DNA of 64,000 nucleotides from NCBI GenBank assembly GCA_036375995.1, contig DASVBE010000095.1:6245-70244 (forward strand), in the 5' to 3' direction. Under the pieces are notes generated by a model. That model did not search any database. It was not told the origin of the DNA and saw only the letters and a list, made by a program, of their open reading frames with translations. This document shows, piece by piece, positions 16,524-25,560 of this stretch (positions within the stretch are counted from its first letter, which is position 1; every line of letters begins with the position of its first letter). This DNA comes from Streptosporangiaceae bacterium. Its GTDB lineage: Bacteria > Actinomycetota > Actinomycetes > Streptosporangiales > Streptosporangiaceae. A program made the position numbers and the translations under genes.

Positions 16524-17438
16524 TCACGCCCGCAGGTAGCGGCGGAGCGTCAGGAGCGACGTGGCGCCGGTCAGCACCACGCCGATGATCATCGCGAGAA
16601 CGATGACCTCGACCAGGTCGGTGGCGCTCAGCTGGACGTTGAAGGGGAAGTACTGCTGCAGCGTATCGAGCCAGAGCGACTTGACCCCAATCAGCAGCCC
16701 GGCCGCGACCAGCCAGCCGAACAGCCCCGCGATGATCCCCTCGACCAGGAAGGGCAGCTGAACGTAGAAGTTCGAGGCGCCGACCAGGCGCATGATGCTG
16801 GTCTCCCGGCGCCGGTTGAAGGCCGACAGCCGGATCGTGTTGGCGACCAGCAGGATCGCCGCGATGATCAGGATGATGGCGATAATCACCACGGCGTTCC
16901 TGGCGCCGTTGAGCAGCTTGTAGAACTTGTCCAGGATCGACGAGTCGTCCACGACCTGGTCCACCCCGTCGCGGCCGTCCACGGTCTGCGCCACGACCGG
17001 GAAGTCCGTCTGCGTGTTCCTGAGCTTGACCTGGAACGAGTCCGGGATGTCGCCCTTGGACACGGAGTTGACGAACGACTGGTTCTGCGAGAACTCCTGG
17101 CGGAACCGGGAGTACGCCTCTTCCTGCGACTCGTATCTGACGCTGACCACCTGCGGCTTCAGCTTCTTCAGGTCGGCCAGGATCTGGGCCCGCTCGGCGG
17201 CGGTGGCCGCGCCGTTGTGCTCGCACTGCGGGCTGACGCTGGACCTGGTGCAGAGGTAGATCGACAGCTGAACCCGGCCCTGCCAGTAGGTCCTGGTGTT
17301 GTCCACCTGCTTGACGAACAGCAGGCCGGTGCCGAGCAGGGACAGGCTGATCGCGACGACCACGACCAACGCGATCGTCATGGTCAGGTTCCGCCTCAGG
17401 CCAATCCAGACCTCATGGAAGACGAACTGCGCACGCAT
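16524..17438 (-). CDS. ftsX: Cell division permease-like protein FtsX
   Basis: 304 aa. N-terminal TM, a large extracytoplasmic loop and three C-terminal TMs (...[26 protein letters not shown]...). Follows ftsE. Confidence 0.93.
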   Translation of the reverse strand: MRAQFVFHEVWIGLRRNLTMTIALVVVVAISLSLLGTGLLFVKQVDNTRTYWQGRVQLSIYLCTRSSVSPQCEHNGAATAAERAQILADLKKLKPQVVSVRYESQEEAYSRFRQEFSQNQSFVNSVSKGDIPDSFQVKLRNTQTDFPVVAQTVDGRDGVDQVVDDSSILDKFYKLLNGARNAVVIIAIILIIAAILLVANTIRLSAFNRRRETSIMRLVGASNFYVQLPFLVEGIIAGLFGWLVAAGLLIGVKSLWLDTLQQYFPFNVQLSATDLVEVIVLAMIIGVVLTGATSLLTLRRYLRA

Positions 17439-17476
17439 GTGACGATCCTTCGGTAGTTCCCTCGCCGGGTCCCCGG

Positions 17477-18166
17477 TCAGTAAGCCTGACCGTAGACCCC
17501 TCGGGACTGGTCGCGGACGACCTTGCCGTACTCGAGCTCGATGACCCGCTTGCGCATGGAGTCGACGATCGCGGCGTCGTGCGTGGCCATGACGACGGTC
17601 GTGCCGGTGCGGTTGATGCGGTCGAGGACCTTCATGATGCCGATCGAGGTGGCCGGGTCGATGTTCCCGGTGGGCTCGTCGGCGAGCAGGATCATCGGGC
17701 GGTTGACGAACGCCCGGGCCATGGCGACCCGCTGCTGCTCGCCGCCGGACAGCTCGTCGGGCATCCGGTCGCGCTTGCCCTCCAGGCCGACCAGGTCGAT
17801 GACCTCCGGCACGACCTTGCGGATGAACCGCCGGGGCTTGCCGATGACCTCGAGGGCGAACGCGATGTTCTGGTAGACGTTCTTGTTCGGCAGCAGCCGG
17901 AAGTCCTGGAACACGCAGCCGATCCGGCGCCGCAGGTGCGGCACCTTCCAGTTCGTGAGCCGGGCGAGGTCCTTCCCGGCCACATGAATCCGGCCGCCGG
18001 TGGGCCGCTCCTCCTTCAGCACCAGCCGGAGGAAGGTCGACTTGCCCGACCCCGACGGGCCAACCAGGAAGACGAACTCGCCCTTCTCGACGTCAAGGTT
18101 GACGTTCTCGAGGGCAGGCCGGTTCTGGTTGGGGTACGTCTTAGTGACGTTGTCGAAGTGGATCAC
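17477..18166 (-). CDS. ftsE: Cell division ATP-binding protein FtsE
   Basis: Walker [10 protein letters not shown], signature [14 protein letters not shown], Walker [13 protein letters not shown]. 229 aa. Confidence 0.95.
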   Translation of the reverse strand: MIHFDNVTKTYPNQNRPALENVNLDVEKGEFVFLVGPSGSGKSTFLRLVLKEERPTGGRIHVAGKDLARLTNWKVPHLRRRIGCVFQDFRLLPNKNVYQNIAFALEVIGKPRRFIRKVVPEVIDLVGLEGKRDRMPDELSGGEQQRVAMARAFVNRPMILLADEPTGNIDPATSIGIMKVLDRINRTGTTVVMATHDAAIVDSMRKRVIELEYGKVVRDQSRGVYGQAY

Positions 18167-18318
18167 AGGCCCATCGCAGCGCTCGACGATAGTGCGGAGG
18201 CGTCCCGGAGCCGCAGCATCCCGGTTTGGCCTCGGGCCAGTCTAGGGGGAAACTGGTCAGGAGGACCCAACATCGGCGAAGTGAACCCCGGCCGGGACAC
18301 CGGCCAGAGGGGACCAAG

Positions 18319-18498
18319 ATGAGCTGCGAACATCTCATCTGCGCGGCGTGCGCCGGACCTGTGGCAGAAGGTAATTGCCCGGTCTGCCAGGCCGCACGGG
18401 CAAATGTCCACCACCACGGCAGCGCGCTGCGGATGCCGCTGATTGTCGTCACGCTGGCCGCGCTGCTGATCTTGCTCGCCATGCACCTGGCCCAGTAA
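18319..18498 (+). CDS. Small zinc-ribbon-like protein with C-terminal TM anchor
   Basis: ATG at 18319 preceded by AGAGGGGA. MSCEHLICAACAGPVAEGNCPVCQAA... (CxxC...CxxC) followed by the hydrophobic tail PLIVVTLAALLILLAMHLAQ. The upstream 31 codons of the track ORF were not used. Confidence 0.5.
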   Translation: MSCEHLICAACAGPVAEGNCPVCQAARANVHHHGSALRMPLIVVTLAALLILLAMHLAQ

Positions 18499-18534
18499 GG
18501 CCGGGGGTCACGGCCAGGGGCAGCGCCCCGGGGG

Positions 18535-19638
18535 TTACGAACCCTGCTGGCGCAGCCAGCGGATCTCGGCATCGATGAACTCATCGATCTCGCCGTCCAT
18601 CACCGCCGCCGTGTTACCGGTTTCCACCCCGGTCCGCACGTCCTTGATGTTCTGGTAGGGGTGCAGTACGTAGTTGCGGATCTGGGTGCCCCAGCTCGTG
18701 GTGGTCGCACCGCGCAGCTCGGCCATCTTGGCCGCCTGCTCCTCGCGTTTGCGCTCCAGCAGCTTGGCCTGCAGCACCGTCATCGCGCTGGCCCGGTTCT
18801 GGATCTGGCTGCGCTCGTTCTGGCAGGACACCACGATCCCGCTCGGCAGGTGGGTGATCCGCACCGCCGAGTCGGTGGTGTTCACGCCCTGGCCGCCGGG
18901 ACCGCTGGACCGGTACACGTCGACCCGCAGCTCGTCGTCCGGGATGTCGATGTGGTCGGCCCGCTGCACCACCGGGATCACGTCCACGCCCGCGAACGAG
19001 GTCTGGCGGCGGCCCTGGTTGTCGTACTTGGAGATCCGCACCATCCGGTGCGTGCCGTGCTCGCCGCGCAGCGTGCCGTAGGCGTACGGGGCCTTGACCG
19101 CGAACGTGGTGGACTTGATCCCGGCTTCTTCCGCGTAGGAGGTGTCGTAGACCTCGGTCGGGTAGCCGTGCCGCTCGGCCCAGCGCAGGTAGATGCGCTG
19201 CAGGCCCTCCGCCCAGTCGGCCGCGTCGGCCCCGCCGGCCTGCGCGTTGATGGTGATCAGGGCCTCCCGCGAGTCGTACTCGCCGGACATCAGCGTCCTG
19301 ATCTCCAGCTGGTCCATCTCCTTGCGCAGCGCGGCCAGGTCCCGCTCGGCCTCGGCCCGGGCGGCCTCGTCGTTCTCGCTGTCGGACAGCTCGAACATGA
19401 TCATCGTGTCGTCGAGCCGCTGCCGCAGGCTGGCCAGCCGGGACAGCTCGCTGTCCAGGTAGGACAGCCGCCGGGTGACCGCCTGACCCTGCTCCTGGTC
19501 CTCCCACAGGGCCGGATCGGCGGCGCGTTCGCGCAGCGCGTCGGCTTCCTTGCTCATCGCGCTCGGGTCGAGCACAGCTTCCACACTGGAGAGTTTCGCC
19601 GTCAGTTCGGCGATCTCGCCGGCGGGGTCGGTGGCCAT
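18535..19638 (-). CDS. prfB: Peptide chain release factor 2 (single ORF, no frameshift site) with variant SKY tripeptide
   Basis: 367 aa. GGQ loop [22 protein letters not shown]. ...[24 protein letters not shown]... C-terminus ...[22 protein letters not shown]... Canonical neighbourhood with ftsE/ftsX/smpB. Confidence 0.93.
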   Translation of the reverse strand: MATDPAGEIAELTAKLSSVEAVLDPSAMSKEADALRERAADPALWEDQEQGQAVTRRLSYLDSELSRLASLRQRLDDTMIMFELSDSENDEAARAEAERDLAALRKEMDQLEIRTLMSGEYDSREALITINAQAGGADAADWAEGLQRIYLRWAERHGYPTEVYDTSYAEEAGIKSTTFAVKAPYAYGTLRGEHGTHRMVRISKYDNQGRRQTSFAGVDVIPVVQRADHIDIPDDELRVDVYRSSGPGGQGVNTTDSAVRITHLPSGIVVSCQNERSQIQNRASAMTVLQAKLLERKREEQAAKMAELRGATTTSWGTQIRNYVLHPYQNIKDVRTGVETGNTAAVMDGEIDEFIDAEIRWLRQQGS

Positions 19639-19769
19639 GGCGGAAGCCTACGTCAGAAGAGGGGGTCAGATTTCCATACTGGTGTGGCACAAGTGACTCA
19701 GCTGGACACCGTGCCTACCTGGGCGGGCCACCGGGCCGGCCGCCGTGACCAGCCCGGGGCCTGCCGTGG

Positions 19770-22700
19770 TCAGTCGGGCAGCCGGCTGGCGCTGACCAGG
19801 GTGCGGATCGCCCGCACCGCCACCGACAGCATGGCCACGGTGAACACGTCGCTCTCCCAGATCTCGGTCAGCGTCTGGCCGGCCCGGATCACCGCCGACT
19901 CGTTCCGCCGGGCCCAGGCCAGCAGCCGCTGCTCCGGGGTGCCGCCCGAGCCGGTCACCATCAGCACGTCCTTGGCCAGCGCGGCGTGCGAGGCGTACAG
20001 ATCGTCGCGCAGCGCCCCGCGGGCCATCGTGCTCCACCGGTCGTCCCTGGGCAGCGCGGTGATCCGGTCCCGGAGCCGGCCGATCTGCAGCCGGTCGGAC
20101 AGGTCGAAGTAGACCTCCGCGGCCTCCTCCACCGGCCGCTTGGCCGACCTGGCCACCTGGACGATGTCGAACGCCGAGTAGCCGGGCACCATCGCCGAGA
20201 CCCGGTCGGCTAGGTCGTCGGGCACGCCCTTGGCGGTCAGCGCGAGGCGCCGCTCCTCGAACCCGGTCACGTCGCGGCCGGCCAGCAGCTTGGGCACGTT
20301 GGCCGCGACCGCGGCCATGCCGTCGGCGAAGAAGTCGACCGTGGGCTGGATGCCGAACGGCGGGCGGCGGTTGGCCAGCAGCCACCGGACCGCTCGCTCG
20401 GTCAGCTTCCGGCCCTCGAGCAGCATCTGGATCTGCACGGTCGTGTCGACCTGGCCGTCCAGGGCCTCGACCTGGGCCCAGAAGTCCGGCATCTGGTACA
20501 CGTCCCTGGCCACCAGCCAGGCCCGGGTGATGTCCGGGACGGACGCCCCGGTCTCCTCGGTCTGCCGGAACAGCGACGAGATACCGGACCGGTCGATCAT
20601 GTCGTTGACCACCGCGGTGGTGATGATCTCCCGGTGCAGCCGGTGCGGCGGCATCAGGTCGGCGAACCGCTCCCGCATCGGCTCCGGGAAGTAGCTGGTC
20701 AGCACCCGGCGCAGGTAGGGGTCGTCGGGCACGTTGGAGGCCAGCACGTCCTGCGCGGTGGCGATCTTGGTGTGCGCGAGCAGCACGGAGAACTCGGGCA
20801 CGGTCAGGCCCGCCCCGGCCGACCGGCGCTCGGCCAGCTCCCGGTCGCCGGGCAGCACGTCCAGCCGCCGGTGCACCCGCCGGTCCCGCTCCAGCTTCCT
20901 GATGTACCTGGCGTGCACGTGCAGCATCGACGGGGCCTGCGCGCGGGCCAGCGCCAGCGTCCGGTTCTGCTGGTAGTTGTGCGCCAGCACGAGCGCGGCG
21001 ACCTCGTCGGTCATCTCGTGCAGCAGCCGGCTCCGGTCGGCCGCGGACAGGTCGCCCGCGTCCATCGCGGCGGCCAGCACGATCTTCATGTTGACCTCGT
21101 GGTCGGAGGTGTCCACCCCGGCCGAGTTGTCGATGAAGTCGGTGTTGACCAGCCCGCCGGCCAGCGCGTACTCGATCCTGGCCTCCTGGGTCAGGCCCAG
21201 GTTGCCGCCCTCCCCGACCACCCGGGCGCGCAGCGCGATGGCGTCGATCCTGACGCTGTCGTTGGACCGGTCCCCCACGTCCGCGTGGCTCTGGGTGCTG
21301 GCCTTCACGTAGGTGCCGATGCCGCCGTTCCACAGCAGGTCGACCGGCGCCGCCAGGATCGCCGAGACCAGCTGGTCCGGGGTCAGCGAGGAGGCGTCGC
21401 TGTCCAGCCCGAGCACCGCAGCGACCTGCGGGGTCAGCCGGACCGACTTGGCGGTGCGCGGCCACACCCCGCCGCCCGCCGAGATCAGCGCCGGGTCGTA
21501 GTCCGCCCACGACGACCGGGGCAGCGCGAACAGCCGGGCCCGCTCGGCGAAGCTGACCGCCGGGTCGGGGTCCGGGTCGATGAACACGTGCCGGTGGTCG
21601 AACGCGGCGATCAGCCTGATGTGCTCGGACCGCAGCATGCCGTTGCCGAACACGTCGCCGGACATGTCGCCGACGCCCACCACGGTGAAGTCGTGCGCCG
21701 CGGTGTCCAGGCCCAGGGTCTGGAAGCCGAACTTCACCGACTCCCACGCCCCGCGCGCGGTGATGCCCATCTTCTTGTGGTCGTAGCCATCCGAGCCGCC
21801 GGACGCGAACGCGTCGCCGAGCCAGAACCCGTAGCCCGTGGCGATCTCGTTGGCGGTGTCGGAGAACGTGGCCGTGCCCTTGTCCGCGGCCACCACCAGG
21901 TACGGGTCATCGCCGTCGTGCCTGGCCACCCGCGGGGGCGGCACCACCTTCCCGGCGGACAGGTTGTCGGTGATGTCCAGCATGGCCGAGATGAACATCT
22001 TGTAGCAGGTCAGCACCTCGGCGCCGACCGCGTCGCGATCCGGTGAGGCGGGCAGCTGCTTGCACACGAAGCCGCCCTTGGCGCCGGACGGCACGATGAC
22101 CGAGTTCTTGACCTCCTGCGCCTTGGCCAGCCCGAGGACCTCGGTGCGGAAGTCCTCCGGCCGCTCGGACCAGCGCAGCCCGCCCCGCGCCACGTGCGCG
22201 AACCGCAGGTGCACGCCCTCGAACCGGGGCGAGTAGACGAACAGCTCGAAGCGCGGCCGGGGCGCGGGCAGGTCGGGCACCTCGGCCGGGTCCAGCTTGA
22301 CCGCGAAGTAGGGCAGGCCCGCGCCGGGCTCCGGCTCCTCCTGGAAGTAGTTGGTCCGCAGCGTGGCGCGGATCAGCGCCCAGACCGCCCGCAGGATCCG
22401 GTCCTGGTCCAGGCTGGCCACCTCGTCGAGCTCGCCGCTGATCTCCTCGGCGATGGCCTCGCTCCGCTCGGACTGCCCGGGCTTCCGGTCCGGGTCGAAC
22501 CGGGACTCGAACAGCGTGACCAGCAGCCGCGTCACGGTCACGTTGGACCGCAGCACCCGGGCGATGTAGTTCTGGCTGAACGAGGTGCCCGCCTGCCGCA
22601 GATACCGGGCGTAACCGCGCAGGACCACCACCTGACGCCAGGTCAGCGCGGCGTCCAGAACCAGCGCGTTGAAGTCGTCGTCCTCGGTCCGGCCGCGCCA

Positions 22701-24716
22701 CAGCGCGTCCAGCGCCCCTTCGAGCAGCGGCCGGACCGCCTCCAGCGAGGCCGCGGGCCGGCCCGGCGCACCAGGCGAGCTGCGCCGCAGCCCGAAGTCG
22801 TAGATCCAGAACGGCGACTTGCCGCCGTTCGCGGCGAACTCGTACGGGTGCTCGTCGACCACGTCGACGCCCATGTGCTGGAGCCGGGGCAGGACGTCGG
22901 TCAGGGTCAGCGGCGCCTGCGTCCGGTAGATGGTCAGCCGCCACACCCGCGGCGCGTGCTGCTCGCTGGCCGCGGACCCGGTGGACAGCCCGTCTTCAGC
23001 CGGCTCAGTCCCGGCCGGCACGCCGCCCACGAACCCCTCGGACTCCCACAGCTCGAACGCGGTGTCCTGGCCCGACTCCCGCAGCGCGGCGATCCTGGCC
23101 AGGTCGCTGGCCGCGGCCGCGGCGGGCACGTCGGCCTTGTAGGTGTCCGGGATCGCGTCGTCGCACAGCGCGAGCATCGACCGGGCCGCGGCCGCGCCCA
23201 TCACCCGGCGGGTCTCCTCAGCGAGGTCGTCGTCCCAGGACCGGATGGCCGCGACCAGCTGCCGTTCCAGGGCGGCCTCGTCCGCGTCGGGCAGCGTCCT
23301 GCCGCGGCCCGCCCGCACCACGATGTGCAGCCGGGACACCGCCGACTCGCCGACCATCACGCTGTAGCCGACCGACTCGCCGCCGAGCGCCTGGCGCAGG
23401 ATCTCCTGGGCACGCAGCCGGATCCCGGTGGTGTACCGGTCCCTGGGCATGTAGATCAGGCAGGACATGTACCGGCCGTAGGGGTCCTTGCGCAGGAACA
23501 GCCGGGTCTGCTTGCGGTCCCGCAGCCGCAGCACGCCGTCCGCGATCGGGATCAGGTCCGGCACCGGGGCCTGGAACAGCTCCTCGCGCGGGTAGTTCTC
23601 CAGGAACTCGGCCAGGTCGTTGCCGTCGTGGCTGTCCGCGGCCAGGCCGGTGGCGGCCAGCACCCCGGCCAGCTTGCGGCGCAGCACCGGGATCCGGGTG
23701 ATGCTCTCGGAGTACGCCGAGTGCGTGTACAGCCCGAGGAACCGCTGCTCGCCGGTCACCTTGCCGTCCGGGCTGAACCGCTTGACCGCGACGTAGTCCA
23801 GGTAGTGCGGCCGGTGCACGGTGGACATCGAGTTGGCCTTGGTCAGGATCAGCAGCCGCGGCTCGGTGGCCCTGGCCCGCACCTCGGGCGGCAGCGCGGC
23901 GAACGCGCTCGACGCCTGCCGGTCGTGCCGCAGGATGCCGAGCCCGGTGCCGGGCACCGCGGACAGCTGCATCCCGTCCGCCCCGTCGACCAGGTCGTAC
24001 TCGCGGTAGCCGAGGAACGTGAAGTGCCCGTCGGCCAGCCAGCGCAGCAGCGCCTCTATCTCGCCCGCCGATTCGGCGTCATCGCCGGCCGGCGGCGCGG
24101 CCAGGGCCAGTGAGTCGGCCAGGGCCAGGGCCCGGGCGCGCATCTTCGGGTAGTCCTCGACCGCGGCCCGCACGTCGCCGAGCACCCGCTCCAGGTCGGC
24201 GGCCAGTTCCGCGGCCTCGCCCGGCCCGGACAGCGCGCTCGTCTCCAGGTGGATCCACGACTCCTTGATCTCGTCGTGGGTGGCCGGTGACCCGTCGGAC
24301 ACCCCGAGCACGCCGTGCATCGTGCCGCCGACGTCCCTGATCACCCGCAGCTGCGGGTGGATGACCTCGTGCACCTCCAGGCCGCACCGGTGCACCGCCA
24401 TCAGCACCGAGTCCACCAGGTAGGGCATGTCGTCGGTGACGATGTCTATGGTGGTCCCGGTCGGCTCCAGCGCGGCCGGCCCGGCGGCCTGCACCCGGAC
24501 CACGGGCCGGCCCTGCGGCCGGAGCGCGGCGAACGCGGCCTGCTCCATGGCCACCGCCGCGACTCGCTCGGCCCCCGCCTCGGCGAGGTCCTCCACGGCC
24601 ACGTGCCGGTAATAGGCGTCCAGGAAGCGGGGAACGTCACCGACCCCGGTGTCGGTGCGTCCCACCCGGGCGGCTTGGGCCAGCAGGGACTTCTTACCGC
24701 CGGAGTTGTCCGTCAT
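19770..24716 (-). CDS. gdh: NAD-specific glutamate dehydrogenase, large (about 180 kDa) class
   Basis: 1648-aa ORF with the characteristic long N-terminal regulatory region and catalytic core (...VVAADKGTATFSD...GITARGAWESVKF...GDMSGDVFGNGML...). Confidence 0.9.
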   Translation of the reverse strand: MTDNSGGKKSLLAQAARVGRTDTGVGDVPRFLDAYYRHVAVEDLAEAGAERVAAVAMEQAAFAALRPQGRPVVRVQAAGPAALEPTGTTIDIVTDDMPYLVDSVLMAVHRCGLEVHEVIHPQLRVIRDVGGTMHGVLGVSDGSPATHDEIKESWIHLETSALSGPGEAAELAADLERVLGDVRAAVEDYPKMRARALALADSLALAAPPAGDDAESAGEIEALLRWLADGHFTFLGYREYDLVDGADGMQLSAVPGTGLGILRHDRQASSAFAALPPEVRARATEPRLLILTKANSMSTVHRPHYLDYVAVKRFSPDGKVTGEQRFLGLYTHSAYSESITRIPVLRRKLAGVLAATGLAADSHDGNDLAEFLENYPREELFQAPVPDLIPIADGVLRLRDRKQTRLFLRKDPYGRYMSCLIYMPRDRYTTGIRLRAQEILRQALGGESVGYSVMVGESAVSRLHIVVRAGRGRTLPDADEAALERQLVAAIRSWDDDLAEETRRVMGAAAARSMLALCDDAIPDTYKADVPAAAAASDLARIAALRESGQDTAFELWESEGFVGGVPAGTEPAEDGLSTGSAASEQHAPRVWRLTIYRTQAPLTLTDVLPRLQHMGVDVVDEHPYEFAANGGKSPFWIYDFGLRRSSPGAPGRPAASLEAVRPLLEGALDALWRGRTEDDDFNALVLDAALTWRQVVVLRGYARYLRQAGTSFSQNYIARVLRSNVTVTRLLVTLFESRFDPDRKPGQSERSEAIAEEISGELDEVASLDQDRILRAVWALIRATLRTNYFQEEPEPGAGLPYFAVKLDPAEVPDLPAPRPRFELFVYSPRFEGVHLRFAHVARGGLRWSERPEDFRTEVLGLAKAQEVKNSVIVPSGAKGGFVCKQLPASPDRDAVGAEVLTCYKMFISAMLDITDNLSAGKVVPPPRVARHDGDDPYLVVAADKGTATFSDTANEIATGYGFWLGDAFASGGSDGYDHKKMGITARGAWESVKFGFQTLGLDTAAHDFTVVGVGDMSGDVFGNGMLRSEHIRLIAAFDHRHVFIDPDPDPAVSFAERARLFALPRSSWADYDPALISAGGGVWPRTAKSVRLTPQVAAVLGLDSDASSLTPDQLVSAILAAPVDLLWNGGIGTYVKASTQSHADVGDRSNDSVRIDAIALRARVVGEGGNLGLTQEARIEYALAGGLVNTDFIDNSAGVDTSDHEVNMKIVLAAAMDAGDLSAADRSRLLHEMTDEVAALVLAHNYQQNRTLALARAQAPSMLHVHARYIRKLERDRRVHRRLDVLPGDRELAERRSAGAGLTVPEFSVLLAHTKIATAQDVLASNVPDDPYLRRVLTSYFPEPMRERFADLMPPHRLHREIITTAVVNDMIDRSGISSLFRQTEETGASVPDITRAWLVARDVYQMPDFWAQVEALDGQVDTTVQIQMLLEGRKLTERAVRWLLANRRPPFGIQPTVDFFADGMAAVAANVPKLLAGRDVTGFEERRLALTAKGVPDDLADRVSAMVPGYSAFDIVQVARSAKRPVEEAAEVYFDLSDRLQIGRLRDRITALPRDDRWSTMARGALRDDLYASHAALAKDVLMVTGSGGTPEQRLLAWARRNESAVIRAGQTLTEIWESDVFTVAMLSVAVRAIRTLVSASRLPD

Positions 24717-24758
24717 CCCGAGAATCCTTTTCCCGTACGGGCCGCGCCGTTGCGGCCG

Positions 24759-25560
24759 CTAGAGCCAATCTCGCAGGTCCCAGAGCAACGGGTAATACCG
24801 CAGCGGAACCCGCTGGTGGAGGTAGGGAGCGCCGGTCGAGCCGCCGGTTCCTGACTTGGTGCCGATCTGCCGTTCCACCATCTGGACGTGCCTGGCTCGC
24901 CACAACCCCGCTATTTCATCATGAGTCAGCAGGTCCTCGGCGAGCTGCCACTCCTCATCGTGCTTGGCCCGGTCCCTGGCCACGGTGACGAGCGACGCCA
25001 GGATCTCGTTGTCGTCACCGACCGGCAGCCCGCGGGCGCGCAGCACGACCAGGAACGCGTCCCACAGCGACGGCTCGGCCAGCCGGCGGGCCAGCCGGTC
25101 CCGCTCGGCGCCGGTCAGCTGCCGGAACCGGCGGACGAACCCGGGGTCCTTCAGCCCGGACAGGAACTCCAGCTCGCGGAACTGCACCGACTGGAACCCG
25201 CTGGCCGGCGCCAGCGCGGCCCGGAACTCGACGAAGTCCTGCGGGGTCATGGTCTCCAGCACATCGACCTGGCGGACCAGCAGCTCCTCGATCACGTGGG
25301 TGCGGCGCAGCAGGTGCCGGGCCCGCCAGGTCTCGCCGGAGAGCATCGCGTCCCGCACCGCGGTCAGCTCGTACAGCAGCTGGGCGAACCACAGCTCGTA
25401 GCACTGGTGCACGGTGATGAACAGCAGCTCGTCGTGGGCGGGCGGCTGGCTCTGCGGCAGCTGCTGGGCGAGCAGCTCGGCCAGCCGCAGGTAGCTTCCG
25501 TAGGTCAGCTTGCCGCCTTCCTCGCCGAAGCTGCGGGGCGGCACCGGGGGGCGGCTCACC
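24759..25560 (-). CDS. kynA: Tryptophan 2,3-dioxygenase
   Basis: ...LTYGSYLRLAELL...HDELLFITVHQCYELWF...SGFQSVQFRELEF...WRARHVQMVERQIGTKSGTGGSTGAPYL... GTG at 25560 overlaps the upstream gene stop (GTGA). The track ORF extension to 26018 was not used. Confidence 0.88.

Noticed and set aside
18535-19638. Programmed +1 frameshift site in prfB (as in E. coli).
   Set aside because: The full-length RF2, from [12 protein letters not shown]... to the C-terminus, is encoded in one uninterrupted frame. There is no early in-frame UGA or CUU-UGA-type shift site.
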